From: a virus
Length of the DNA stretch: 64,000 bases
Strand: one strand, 5' to 3'
Virus record (IMG/VR): IMGVR_UViG_3300045988_179268
Coordinates: 192,001-256,000 of that record
Position numbers and translations under genes: made by a program. The notes below the pieces were generated by a model that saw only the letters and a list, made by a program, of their open reading frames with translations, was not told where the DNA came from and ran no database searches. Below, in pieces: positions 9,000 through 17,877 of this stretch. Positions within the stretch are counted from its first letter, which is position 1, and each line of letters starts with the position of its first letter.

Positions 9000-9707
9000 A
9001 TGACCACTCGAAAGCTATTGCCTACTAAACGCATTTATGGGTATGTTCGTGTCAGTACCGCCGGGCAGAATCCTGACCGGCAGGTGTACAACATTCACGA
9101 ATGGGTCAAGGAGAACTATGGTGAAGACGTTTACCACAGCTTAACTCTTGACGGCGCAGATTTTGTCACGGCTGATAAGGTTAGTGGCGCTACCTCAGCT
9201 AATGAGCGTGACGGGCTATCCTATATCCTCGACAATATCCAGCCGCACGATGTGCTTATCACACCTACGGTTGAGAGGTTGGGGCGTGACTCAAAGCATG
9301 TCACAGAGGTGAGGGATATGCTTGAGAAGCGTAAGGTCATCGTTATTTATAGTGACGAGTTGCCGCTTCTTAGCACCCTTGCTACGGAGTCCGGTGAGTA
9401 TCCGCCGGAAAGCTCACTTGAAGCTAACCTTACGCATAAGCTTATCTCGGGTGTAATTTTCGATATTCTGGCGCGTGTTGCCGCATACGAGTACGAAAAC
9501 AGCCGCAAAAGACAGCGCCAAGGCATCGAACGAGCTAAGGCGCGCGGCGCGTACAAGAAACCTAAGTCTCTTACTAACGACAAGCTAGAGGATGCGCGCC
9601 GCAAGATTGACATGGGTATCCCAAAGGCTGAGGTAGCACGTCAGCTTAAGATTAGCCGCGCCACTTTGCGCCGCTACCTTGATGGAATCAGCGTTCCCGA
9701 CGAATAA
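9000..9707 (+). CDS. serine recombinase (resolvase/invertase family)
   Basis: N-terminal YGYVRVSTAGQNPDRQ catalytic-serine motif; C-terminal HTH EVARQLKISRATLRRYL. Confidence 0.85.
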   Translation: MTTRKLLPTKRIYGYVRVSTAGQNPDRQVYNIHEWVKENYGEDVYHSLTLDGADFVTADKVSGATSANERDGLSYILDNIQPHDVLITPTVERLGRDSKHVTEVRDMLEKRKVIVIYSDELPLLSTLATESGEYPPESSLEANLTHKLISGVIFDILARVAAYEYENSRKRQRQGIERAKARGAYKKPKSLTNDKLEDARRKIDMGIPKAEVARQLKISRATLRRYLDGISVPDE

Positions 9708-9711
9708 TTAC

Positions 9712-9757
9712 AATTCACCCCTCTATGACTAAGCTTCATAGAGGGGTGAATTGTTTC
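9712..9757 (+). terminator. hairpin terminator
   Basis: perfect 17-bp stem AATTCACCCCTCTATGA/TCATAGAGGGGTGAATT. Confidence 0.6.
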
Positions 9758-9773
9758 CATACACTCGCTAATC

Positions 9774-9784
9774 TGTGGTACAAT
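9774..9784 (+). promoter_or_regulatory. promoter motif
   Basis: TGTGGTACAAT. Confidence 0.65.
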
Positions 9785-9824
9785 TATTTCTGTAAGGAAT
9801 TTTAGGCAACAGAAAGGCATAGTC

Positions 9825-10763
9825 ATGGAACTTTCCCACGAGGAAATCGCAGACGCTATGCACGACCACTACCGTGAACTCACGCGACTTGAGTATAGTC
9901 TCGTCAGCGTAAGCCTTGAAGCAAGTAAGGCACTCAAGCACTACACGGCAATTATTACCAAATCCATCAACCTCATGGGGTCAGGTCAGTGGTACCCCTG
10001 GCAGGAAGACCGCCACCTACGCATGGTCTGGGCAGTAGTGAAGCAAACTCTCTACAAGACCGACCACTACATCCACCACCTACACAACGACATGAGTGAA
10101 ATGCTCACTAACTGGCATGAAAACTCCAACTGCGTTGAAACGTGCCAGCTTCTACTAGAAGAAGCTGAACAGTATGCGACCACTCGCTTCATTAAAAACG
10201 CTAAGCAGGTCATCCACCGCTGGAAAAACGTTTCACCCATCATTGACGAGATTCTATCCCAGGAGCGTGTACAGCCAGCCGAATACCCACTAGAGGTTCA
10301 CTGCGACGACTACATCACAATGATTAAGGGGTACCTGGAAGCAATGGATGCGGCTACCGACGGAATGATTCAAGCCATGAACATTGTCCGGCGCACAAAG
10401 ACCGTGTACGACCTATGGGATGCTGAGACAATCAACATGAGCACCGGGAAGCCATACCGCAACCGGCAGTACATCCACGACTTCCTCAAGCTTTTCAATT
10501 ATGCGGCAAATGATTCATACCATGAGTACCTGAACGCCCACCATGAGATTCTTTTCTGTTCCGAGACATACAGTCTAGGCGGTGGCTGGGCTGACAACCC
10601 GGAAGGGTTCGCCGGTCGCCTGGAACGCATCACTAAATGGCAGAACGAAAGCCCTGCCATCACTGTAGAAAGTGCAACTAAGGACTTGCGACGCTACAAG
10701 GAATGGTACCCTGACATGCTTAATCTGGTGAATGAAATCGCGGAGAATAATGGGTTTTATTAG
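9825..10763 (+). CDS. hypothetical protein
   Basis: ATG after GAAAGG, promoter at 9774-9784; a diverged copy of its last 59 nt lies at 10981-11039. Confidence 0.65.
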   Translation: MELSHEEIADAMHDHYRELTRLEYSLVSVSLEASKALKHYTAIITKSINLMGSGQWYPWQEDRHLRMVWAVVKQTLYKTDHYIHHLHNDMSEMLTNWHENSNCVETCQLLLEEAEQYATTRFIKNAKQVIHRWKNVSPIIDEILSQERVQPAEYPLEVHCDDYITMIKGYLEAMDAATDGMIQAMNIVRRTKTVYDLWDAETINMSTGKPYRNRQYIHDFLKLFNYAANDSYHEYLNAHHEILFCSETYSLGGGWADNPEGFAGRLERITKWQNESPAITVESATKDLRRYKEWYPDMLNLVNEIAENNGFY

Positions 10764-10789
10764 GGAAATAAACTAAAACCATTAAAATC

Positions 10790-10800
10790 TGTGATATTAT
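10790..10800 (+). promoter_or_regulatory. promoter motif (drives E1)
   Basis: TGTGATATTAT, 9 nt upstream of E1 P1. Confidence 0.6.
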
Positions 10801-10809
10801 ATTCGATAA

Positions 10810-10979
10810 CACCTCGCCCGTGAGAGACAGGAGAGGTGGATAATCTAAACGGGTAGGTAGCTTCGGTTGCCTGTCAAGACCAGGAAAGTTAGCCCTCTTG
10901 GGTTAGCTGGAGGGTCACCGTCAGGGCGAAGCCCTGGCTCATCCCCTGGGTGGCTCTCCCTTACACACGGGGATGACTC
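10810..10979 (+). ncRNA. E-module E1 (stand-alone transcription unit)
   Basis: own promoter at 10790-10800. P1 CACCTCGCCCGT/ACAGGAGAGGTG, AAACGG, AAGACCAGGA, GGAGGGTCACCGTC, P4 CAGGGC-GAA-GCCCTG. Ends CTCATCCCCTGGGTGGCTC plus TCCCTTACACACGGGGATGACTC. Bidirectional terminator at 11071-11125. Confidence 0.7.
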
Positions 10980-10980
10980 A

Positions 10981-11039
10981 GGTATGCCGACTTGCTAAAT
11001 CTAGTGAATGAAATAGCCGAAAATAACGGGCTTTAATCA
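10981..11039 (+). repeat. orphan diverged copy of the last 59 nt of gene 9825..10763
   Basis: ungapped alignment to 10705-10763 gives 45/59 identical. 8 of 14 differences are synonymous third positions. It reads YADLLNLVNEIAENNGL-stop against YPDMLNLVNEIAENNGFY-stop. Confidence 0.75.
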
Positions 11040-11070
11040 CCCGACCATATACTACACTCTCCGGCAGTGC

Positions 11071-11125
11071 ATAATAAATGGGAAAACCAATCAATGTAAT
11101 TTTGATTGGTTTTCCCATTTATTAT
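11071..11125. terminator. bidirectional hairpin between convergent units
   Basis: stem of about 24 bp, ATAATAAATGGGAAAACCAATCAA/TTGATTGGTTTTCCCATTTATTAT. Confidence 0.65.
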
Positions 11126-11141
11126 AGGCTAGTCGCCTACT

Positions 11142-11612
11142 CTAGAAAAGAGTGGGTTCATAGTCATTAATGAGGTTTCCTAGTGCTGGGCGTTTACGCA
11201 CACCCATGTACTCATCGTGGGTCACGCCTTCTAGTAGACCTAGTTCATAGTATTTAGCTTCGGTTGCAATAATTGCTGATACCATTAGCCTGATGCGTGA
11301 TACGCTGGCGCGCAACATTGAGTCGGATTTGTGGAAGCGAACATATTTAGGGTGTTCCATGCATTCTTCATGTATCCGTGCGTCCGTGTAGGCGTATCCC
11401 TCTGCGTCGCTACTGAGAGGAGATAGTCTTAAATCACCGACAGGGGGTAGGAGTACGCCTTGCCGGGCGGCTTTTAGGTACGACTCAGTGGCATATCTGC
11501 GATTGGTTGTGGCGCATTTTTCCAACGCCATCGCTAATTTAGTATCATTTGACACCCGGAGGGCACCCCCTTCAACATTAGGACTGTGGCTTATCCACCT
11601 GGGCGAAAGCAT
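11142..11612 (-). CDS. hypothetical protein (start uncertain)
   Basis: track ORF; overlaps the end of 11578..11958, so an internal start is possible. Confidence 0.5.
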   Translation of the reverse strand: MLSPRWISHSPNVEGGALRVSNDTKLAMALEKCATTNRRYATESYLKAARQGVLLPPVGDLRLSPLSSDAEGYAYTDARIHEECMEHPKYVRFHKSDSMLRASVSRIRLMVSAIIATEAKYYELGLLEGVTHDEYMGVRKRPALGNLINDYEPTLF

Positions 11613-11958
11613 CAGCGTCTACACGTAGGCGAGTTAGATGCTTGTATGGCTGGCAGTAAATGTTTGTGGCGTGGATATTGTTCGCCTTCATGACATCTAG
11701 TGCTTCGAGTACGTCCGGGTCGGTGGATACAACTTCGCCTGTGACATAAGGGGTTTTAATCTTGCGGTGAACCAAGGGTTTGCCGTCACTGTCATAGAAT
11801 CGAACAATATACTTTTCAGGGTTGTGTGGGTCACGTTCTGCACCGAAACTCTTGGCGTTGGCGCAGATGAACTCCATGAGGGAGCGTCGCTCAAGCGTAG
11901 TGTCTAGCTCTAGGTGAACTTCCAGAGGGTCATCGGCGGTATAAATCTTACTGGTCAT
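11578..11958 (-). CDS. hypothetical protein
   Basis: track ORF, ATG start, TAA stop. Confidence 0.6.
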   Translation of the reverse strand: MTSKIYTADDPLEVHLELDTTLERRSLMEFICANAKSFGAERDPHNPEKYIVRFYDSDGKPLVHRKIKTPYVTGEVVSTDPDVLEALDVMKANNIHATNIYCQPYKHLTRLRVDADAFAQVDKPQS

Positions 11959-12084
11959 GAGGTGTTTCTTCTCTGAGTTGTTTATTGTGCATGTAGTCCC
12001 AGCCTATTGGCTGATGGCTTTATGTATATTATTTTAGCATAGGAGGTTTACCTAAAAACTTTATTCATGCACTAACAGGAAAAA

Positions 12085-12945
12085 GTGCCACAAAACACAT
12101 CATTTAGGAACAACAGATTTGACTGGAATGAAGCTATACTAATGGGGTTACAGCCCCTACAGTACGTAAAGGTAAACGGGTACATGTCAGTTAAATATAT
12201 GCAGAGCATCAAAGGCACCTCCGAAGAGAACGAAGATGCTGTCGGCTATCAGGGCAACTATTATTGGGTTATTGATGGCGCAACCGCCCTATTCGAAAAC
12301 CCTATCTACCCACCCTTCACAGTAGCAGACATTGCGAACGACCTGAATGACACGCTACCAGAAAGCATTGACGACAATAAGTCACTAACCGAAATCCTGC
12401 ATGATGCGATTCAGACGGTCGCCCGATACCGCCTCTACACATCAGAGAACACGACCAGCCGCGAACAGTACGCAAAGTTACCGACGTTCGCCATTATGCT
12501 TATCAGAGTTGTGGGCGACACGCTGGAATACCTCTCGCTAGGCGACTGCTACCTTTCTGTCAATGGGAAAACGTTTACAGATAAACGCATTGAACCATTC
12601 GTTGCGAAGAATCGCGCCCTAATCCAGCAACTCATTAACGAAAACGGCTCCATTACGACAGAGCAACGCACACATATCTTCCAGGAGACACGACTCAAAG
12701 CTAACGCACCTAATGGATACCCCATCGGTAGTCTTGACCCGCACAGCGCATACGGTGCAAAAACGGGCACCATCAGCCTCCACAATATGAACGCCACCAT
12801 TATTCTATACTCAGACGGCTTTATGCCTTGCTATAATCCAGAGGAGCCTATCGAGAGTTCCCTAAAGAGCCTCGCATACTCAAATTGCACAGATAAAATT
12901 TATGGAAAGCGCGACGACGCTTCCGTCCTAGTAGTAGAGGTATAA
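12085..12945 (+). CDS. PP2C-like protein phosphatase
   Basis: NEDAVG, WVIDGATA, YSDGF and terminal DDASVLVV resemble PP2C/SpoIIE motifs; GTG start. Confidence 0.55.
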   Translation: MPQNTSFRNNRFDWNEAILMGLQPLQYVKVNGYMSVKYMQSIKGTSEENEDAVGYQGNYYWVIDGATALFENPIYPPFTVADIANDLNDTLPESIDDNKSLTEILHDAIQTVARYRLYTSENTTSREQYAKLPTFAIMLIRVVGDTLEYLSLGDCYLSVNGKTFTDKRIEPFVAKNRALIQQLINENGSITTEQRTHIFQETRLKANAPNGYPIGSLDPHSAYGAKTGTISLHNMNATIILYSDGFMPCYNPEEPIESSLKSLAYSNCTDKIYGKRDDASVLVVEV

Positions 12946-12950
12946 ACCCT

Positions 12951-13733
12951 ATGACTCAGTATGTTCCCCTTGACGGCTACACTGTAACTGCAACCACCGC
13001 CACCTCCAGGCTGAATATGCCATTCACCTCTGATGAGGTAGCTGAGCTTGCCCGCGTTGTCGGTGGCGAGAATGTGGTTAATGCGCCGGTTGCTCGACTG
13101 GAGGAGTTGCGTTTAGACGATGAGGCGAAGGTTGCTGAATTAGCGCTTTCTGAGTCTGACTTCTATAGCTTCCTGGCAACGAACATCCTCTATGGCGCGC
13201 CGGTTACTGTAGTCTCTCAGATTGAAGATGAGGCTCTGCGTGAGAAGGCGCTACTATTTAAGGACACTATGGTACCTGTGGGTGTTGTGACGACTCACGA
13301 TGTTCGCCTCGCTAACGCCCTGGCAACTAGCCTCATTATTGAGGATTCTGACAGCAATATTGTTCTGACTGAGCGTGTGGCTGGTCTGCCTGTGGGTGCT
13401 GGGCTGTATGGTGTCTCTGCAACAAGCGGTGTCAGCATTGATGATGTCCTTGATGGGGCACCTGTTGTGGGCGCAGTCGCACGTGAGGCACGCAAGAGCC
13501 TTGGCGTAGACATTGATGCAGGCGATATTGTTATTCAGGGTATCGGTTTCGGTAAGACGAAGCATCAGCCTGCTATTCTCTGCCATGTGAAGCTGTCTCA
13601 CCCTCTGTCTGTCGAGGATATTCAGGTGGGCGACAAGAATAAGCGTGCTCTTCTTGTGGCGAAGGATGACCAGGAGTTCTTCGATAGTGTGCAGATGAGT
13701 GAAATTGCGCGCCTGCACTTAAGCAAGATTTAA
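12951..13733 (+). CDS. hypothetical protein
   Basis: track ORF, tightly coupled to the previous gene. Confidence 0.6.
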   Translation: MTQYVPLDGYTVTATTATSRLNMPFTSDEVAELARVVGGENVVNAPVARLEELRLDDEAKVAELALSESDFYSFLATNILYGAPVTVVSQIEDEALREKALLFKDTMVPVGVVTTHDVRLANALATSLIIEDSDSNIVLTERVAGLPVGAGLYGVSATSGVSIDDVLDGAPVVGAVAREARKSLGVDIDAGDIVIQGIGFGKTKHQPAILCHVKLSHPLSVEDIQVGDKNKRALLVAKDDQEFFDSVQMSEIARLHLSKI

Positions 13734-13828
13734 GTAACAGTATAGAGATGATGCCCCTTCCAGGATGGTGAAAACCTAAATCTGGGAGGGGCATCACTAT
13801 GCCGCAAACACGCCATTCATCAAGTATT

Positions 13829-13839
13829 TGTGGTACACT
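13829..13839 (+). promoter_or_regulatory. promoter motif
   Basis: TGTGGTACACT. Confidence 0.65.
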
Positions 13840-13890
13840 ATTCATGTAAATTAATTATTTCCAATTCCTCTCAACTCAAGGAGTGAACAC

Positions 13891-14736
13891 ATGACCGCTT
13901 ACGCAGACATCGACCTTGCCGTCAAGGAAGAAGTCATGAAGCGTCTTCGCAAGCAGAACAAGACCCTTCACCAGGACGCTTGCGAAGCATTTAAGACCCG
14001 CCGCCTCGACATGACCAGCATTATTGCGCAGACATTCGACTTCTCTGAGGGGCTATGCTCATATATCCCCAAGAACATTAGCGATAGCGAATTTGAGAAC
14101 ATCATCTCTCGAAGCATTGTAGACGCAGATAACGCTGAACCTGTCGCTCGACTGTACTATGACCCCATTGAAGAGGATGTTAAGCGTTCCGAACTTACCC
14201 TGTATCGAGACGTTCTGCCTGAGTGGGAGAAGGACGAAGACCTTATCCGAGTACTGACTATGGACATCAGTATCCCCGACTGTAAGTATGATTGCACTTT
14301 CAACGTTGAGGAAGCCGCCCACATCAACCCCACTATGGAGGCACTGCTTCGCGTTGCCATTCTTGGCGACGAAGCACCTTCCCGCACTAAGATTTACGTG
14401 CTTATTTGGGGTTGCTATGCCTCTATCCGCGTCGCTCAGCTTCTCATCAACAAGTATCGTGGTTCTAGTGAGTCACCCGCATCGGATTGGGGCAAGCCTG
14501 ATTGGGAGGAGTTGTGTGATACTCACGCTCTAGCGTATTGCCTTGATACCGTTGATGACGCAGATATTGACCTTGATGCCTTGTATGCTATTGAGGATGA
14601 GGGTGAGAAGGAGCAGTTTGTGCGTGACTGGATTACTCATGAGTGGGCGGAGGCATATGCGGACTATGCGGAGTCCTTCTTGAGTGATTGGGCGAAGGAA
14701 GTTCAGGTTGAGATTGTGGACTACTCCCAAATGTAG
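13891..14736 (+). CDS. acidic hypothetical protein
   Basis: ATG after AAGGAG; promoter at 13829-13839. Confidence 0.65.
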   Translation: MTAYADIDLAVKEEVMKRLRKQNKTLHQDACEAFKTRRLDMTSIIAQTFDFSEGLCSYIPKNISDSEFENIISRSIVDADNAEPVARLYYDPIEEDVKRSELTLYRDVLPEWEKDEDLIRVLTMDISIPDCKYDCTFNVEEAAHINPTMEALLRVAILGDEAPSRTKIYVLIWGCYASIRVAQLLINKYRGSSESPASDWGKPDWEELCDTHALAYCLDTVDDADIDLDALYAIEDEGEKEQFVRDWITHEWAEAYADYAESFLSDWAKEVQVEIVDYSQM

Positions 14737-14820
14737 GTGCTTTGTCACTGAATTAGCATATTGCCCCCATGCGACCGTTACTTATGATGTCGCATGGGGG
14801 TAATATGCTATAGGTTCCAA

Positions 14821-14848
14821 TTGCATATTTCTGAATTTGTGGTACACT
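14821..14848 (+). promoter_or_regulatory. promoter
   Basis: TTGCAT, 16-nt spacer, TGTGGTACACT. Confidence 0.65.
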
Positions 14849-14892
14849 GATTTGTAGTTAGAAATTTTCCTACATCTAAGGAGCGACATTCA

Positions 14893-15300
14893 ATGTCCAC
14901 CCCTAAGCACCTCACCGAGGCAACCCTCATTACCTTCAAGCCGACCTGCACGAATCAGGCACCCTCTGCTATCGACCTTGCTCGCATTGCGGCGACTGCC
15001 GCCGGTTACGGCGTAAATAAGGATAAGAAGACCGGCTATTGGCGAGTTTCCCTCATCACCAACAACGGCTCTAACCTGATGGGACCCGGCAAGGTAGGCA
15101 TGATTCAGGGCGAGGTTACGTCGGTAACCGTCGGTCAGAACACCACCAAGGAAGAAGTGCTCGAATATCTCGACAATGAGATGATGTTCGCAGTCCTCAC
15201 CCCCGGCGACACCACCACCAACATTAACTACGACACCGGCGAAGTCACCTTTGCGTTCAAGGGTACCGAGGAAGACTTCAATATCTTCCTGATTGACTAG
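14893..15300 (+). CDS. hypothetical protein
   Basis: ATG after AAGGAG; promoter at 14821-14848. Confidence 0.65.
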   Translation: MSTPKHLTEATLITFKPTCTNQAPSAIDLARIAATAAGYGVNKDKKTGYWRVSLITNNGSNLMGPGKVGMIQGEVTSVTVGQNTTKEEVLEYLDNEMMFAVLTPGDTTTNINYDTGEVTFAFKGTEEDFNIFLID

Positions 15301-15315
15301 GCGGATATAGCCCAC

Positions 15316-15738
15316 ATGATGAAGAAGGAAACTGAAAAGATTGAGTTCTATCTAGAGGGCATCTGTGAGCTACCAGCATACCAGCGCCAGCTAGTGAACG
15401 ATGTAGTTAATCATGCAGACACTATCACTCTCCAGCCAGGGCGATACTTACCGTCAATACTGGAAGTCCTTGTGGGGCGCGCAGTATTCAGCAATAGCGC
15501 TACGGGTGAAACCATTATGCACCCAGAATCAGAGATTTACCACGCCGCCCCACAACCAGCAGTCTTCCCATACCTAGAGAAAGTGCTGGAACCTGGCATT
15601 GATTGGGGTGAGGATGAACACCCTCAGCCCAAGACTTTTCGCATCAAGAAGATTGAGCTACCCACCTTTAACAAGCAAACAAAACTGCATGACTATCTCA
15701 CAGTAACTCTTTTCACCACCCCTATTACCTCAAACTAA
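15316..15738 (+). CDS. hypothetical protein
   Basis: track ORF. Confidence 0.6.
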   Translation: MMKKETEKIEFYLEGICELPAYQRQLVNDVVNHADTITLQPGRYLPSILEVLVGRAVFSNSATGETIMHPESEIYHAAPQPAVFPYLEKVLEPGIDWGEDEHPQPKTFRIKKIELPTFNKQTKLHDYLTVTLFTTPITSN

Positions 15739-15756
15739 AAGGATAAGCTACCAATA

Positions 15757-16095
15757 ATGAGTAACACCACCTTTGAACTTCGATATGCCCGGATGCACAC
15801 CCGCAAGTACCTCAAGGGAAAAATGTCGCCCGCCTACGACAATAGGGACGTACACGATGCCTCCCTCAACACGAAGTACGACATGACCGTCACTATGAGC
15901 ATGGTTGAGCGCGACAGCTGGCGCTTACACAATGTGACTGTCCCTAGAGAGAATGTCACTGTTATTGGCGACCTTCGGAACGGGGAGCCTTACGTCATTG
16001 CTGATGATGATTTCAAGCGCTTTGAGGTGCATATTGACATGACCTTTGTTCACGGTGACATGATTAATTTTGTAGTCCCTGAGGTTAATTTCTAA
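15757..16095 (+). CDS. hypothetical protein
   Basis: track ORF, ATG after AAGGA. Confidence 0.6.
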   Translation: MSNTTFELRYARMHTRKYLKGKMSPAYDNRDVHDASLNTKYDMTVTMSMVERDSWRLHNVTVPRENVTVIGDLRNGEPYVIADDDFKRFEVHIDMTFVHGDMINFVVPEVNF

Positions 16096-16327
16096 CCGTA
16101 ACTGGGAATAACGAAAATCGCGAAACGATACTCGCTATTCCCAGGTTAATTTTAGGGTTTTTCAACCCAAGGTCTTACGGCTAACCTACTCCACATAAGC
16201 TCACCTGGTTTCAACTAAAGAGCCACACAACCAGACTTATCACTTACGCTTCTAAGGAGAACACTACCTTAAAGGGAGATGCGCCACTGCCTTGCGTGGC
16301 TACATCTGTATAAGGCTGTATGTAAGT

Positions 16328-17644
16328 TTATTTTACGCTATCTTTGTAGCCTTGTCCACGTCGCGCGATAACGTATGCGGCACCAACATGTGTGTTTAGT
16401 TTCATTGTTGGGCAGTAGAGTTGTTTCGCTAACCATGATGTCCACGCGGGGTTTACACGCCTCACAGATATAGCGCTCCTGTAGGCGCGTCGCTCGATTT
16501 TGTCTATAAACTGCCGATACGCAAGTGAGTGTAGCATCTCGTTGTACTTCCGCCCCTGTTTACGTAGGGTGCTTGCTTTTGCAGTCTTGAAGTTAAGGTC
16601 CTCAACGCAGATGTCCTTTCCTGTCGTTAGCGCGCGTTCCACAACCTTTGTCGCAATCAACTCTAAATCTGTGGACGTTCTATTTCCTGCCTTGAAACGA
16701 TAGGGTAGGAGTTGCGTGTCGGTTAGGTGTCCATACTGGTTCGTTTCCGCTAGGGTCACGAAGCCCTTGTTGAAGTCTAAGCCAATGGTTCCATGCGTGG
16801 AACGTGTCTGAAAGTCGCTCTTGTCCATCTGAATTTCAAAGGTGCAGTACAGGTAGAAACGTCCACGCTTTTTAATAATTTTGAAGCTCAAAGGGGTGTT
16901 GCGCTGGCGGAGCGCCTCTTTAATCCACCTTTTATGGTGGTTAAAATACACGCGACCGTAAACATACTTATCCTTAGCGTTCTTAAACCCGCCAATATCC
17001 TTGCGCAACCTCAGTTCAAACTGATTGTTCTTCGAGTTAAACCACAAATGCAAGATTTGGTTACCTGATGCTTCACTCTTCGAGCCAATAAACGACATAT
17101 GGGCGTCGCGTCTATCTATAAAAGCTTGGTAATCGGTTTGTAAGAGCCGCTTGCTACCAAAGCAGATTTCGTGCCGCCCAGATTCTATCTGGTAGCTCAA
17201 GTTTGCTGATTTTTGCTTCAGCTTATTGAGCTTACTTTTCTGAGCGACAAGCTTCCGTTTAAGGTTTCGGTACTTACCTAGACAGACAGGCAAACCTGTC
17301 TTTAGCGCGGACTTTCCAACCTCTAGGGCGTGGATATTGGCTTCTAGGACTTTGATTTTGTGGGCTAGTTGCTTTTGCTCATGAGCTTTCAGCTCTTTTA
17401 GTGCGTTGAGCTGACCTTGCGCATCGGCAATGATGGAGTTCGCTGTTCGTTTCAGAATTCCGTAAGTTTTTTGAAGATGGGTGTTGTAGCTAGATTTGTT
17501 AAAATCTGGACTGTTTCTGATAGCGTAGAAAGTTTTTCGCTGAGCCTGCGCGTAAGTCCCGCGAGCGCTCTCGAAATAATCGATAATGTCTTGGTTATTC
17601 TTTTCATGAAGCTGTGTCACAGTAGTGAACTTACGCTTAATCAC
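16328..17644 (-). CDS. TnpB-like protein, probably nuclease-degenerate
   Basis: RuvC-I GLDFNKG, RuvC-II CVEDLNF, NPAWTS. No CxxC zinc ribbon, and THVGAAYVIARRG stands where D-x-NAA-x-NI is expected. Long coiled-coil-like N-terminal half. Confidence 0.7.
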   Translation of the reverse strand: MIKRKFTTVTQLHEKNNQDIIDYFESARGTYAQAQRKTFYAIRNSPDFNKSSYNTHLQKTYGILKRTANSIIADAQGQLNALKELKAHEQKQLAHKIKVLEANIHALEVGKSALKTGLPVCLGKYRNLKRKLVAQKSKLNKLKQKSANLSYQIESGRHEICFGSKRLLQTDYQAFIDRRDAHMSFIGSKSEASGNQILHLWFNSKNNQFELRLRKDIGGFKNAKDKYVYGRVYFNHHKRWIKEALRQRNTPLSFKIIKKRGRFYLYCTFEIQMDKSDFQTRSTHGTIGLDFNKGFVTLAETNQYGHLTDTQLLPYRFKAGNRTSTDLELIATKVVERALTTGKDICVEDLNFKTAKASTLRKQGRKYNEMLHSLAYRQFIDKIERRAYRSAISVRRVNPAWTSWLAKQLYCPTMKLNTHVGAAYVIARRGQGYKDSVK

Positions 17645-17831
17645 GCTTCTCCCCTTACATCTTGTAACTTAAACCCATTAGCAAGTTCCTCAGTACTCAC
17701 ATAATACCATACACCCAATGAATACAAAGCACGAAAAATAGGAATAATTTCATTGTTTTTCTACATTATCTGAAACTGCTGATTTACCCCCTCTCCTATT
17801 TCTACCCAAGCATTGTCGAAGCCCTTAAATA

Positions 17832-17842
17832 TGTGGTACAAT
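17832..17842 (+). promoter_or_regulatory. promoter motif
   Basis: TGTGGTACAAT. Confidence 0.65.
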
Positions 17843-17877
17843 TTAACTAAGTATTTTTCTAAATAGAAGGAACTATT

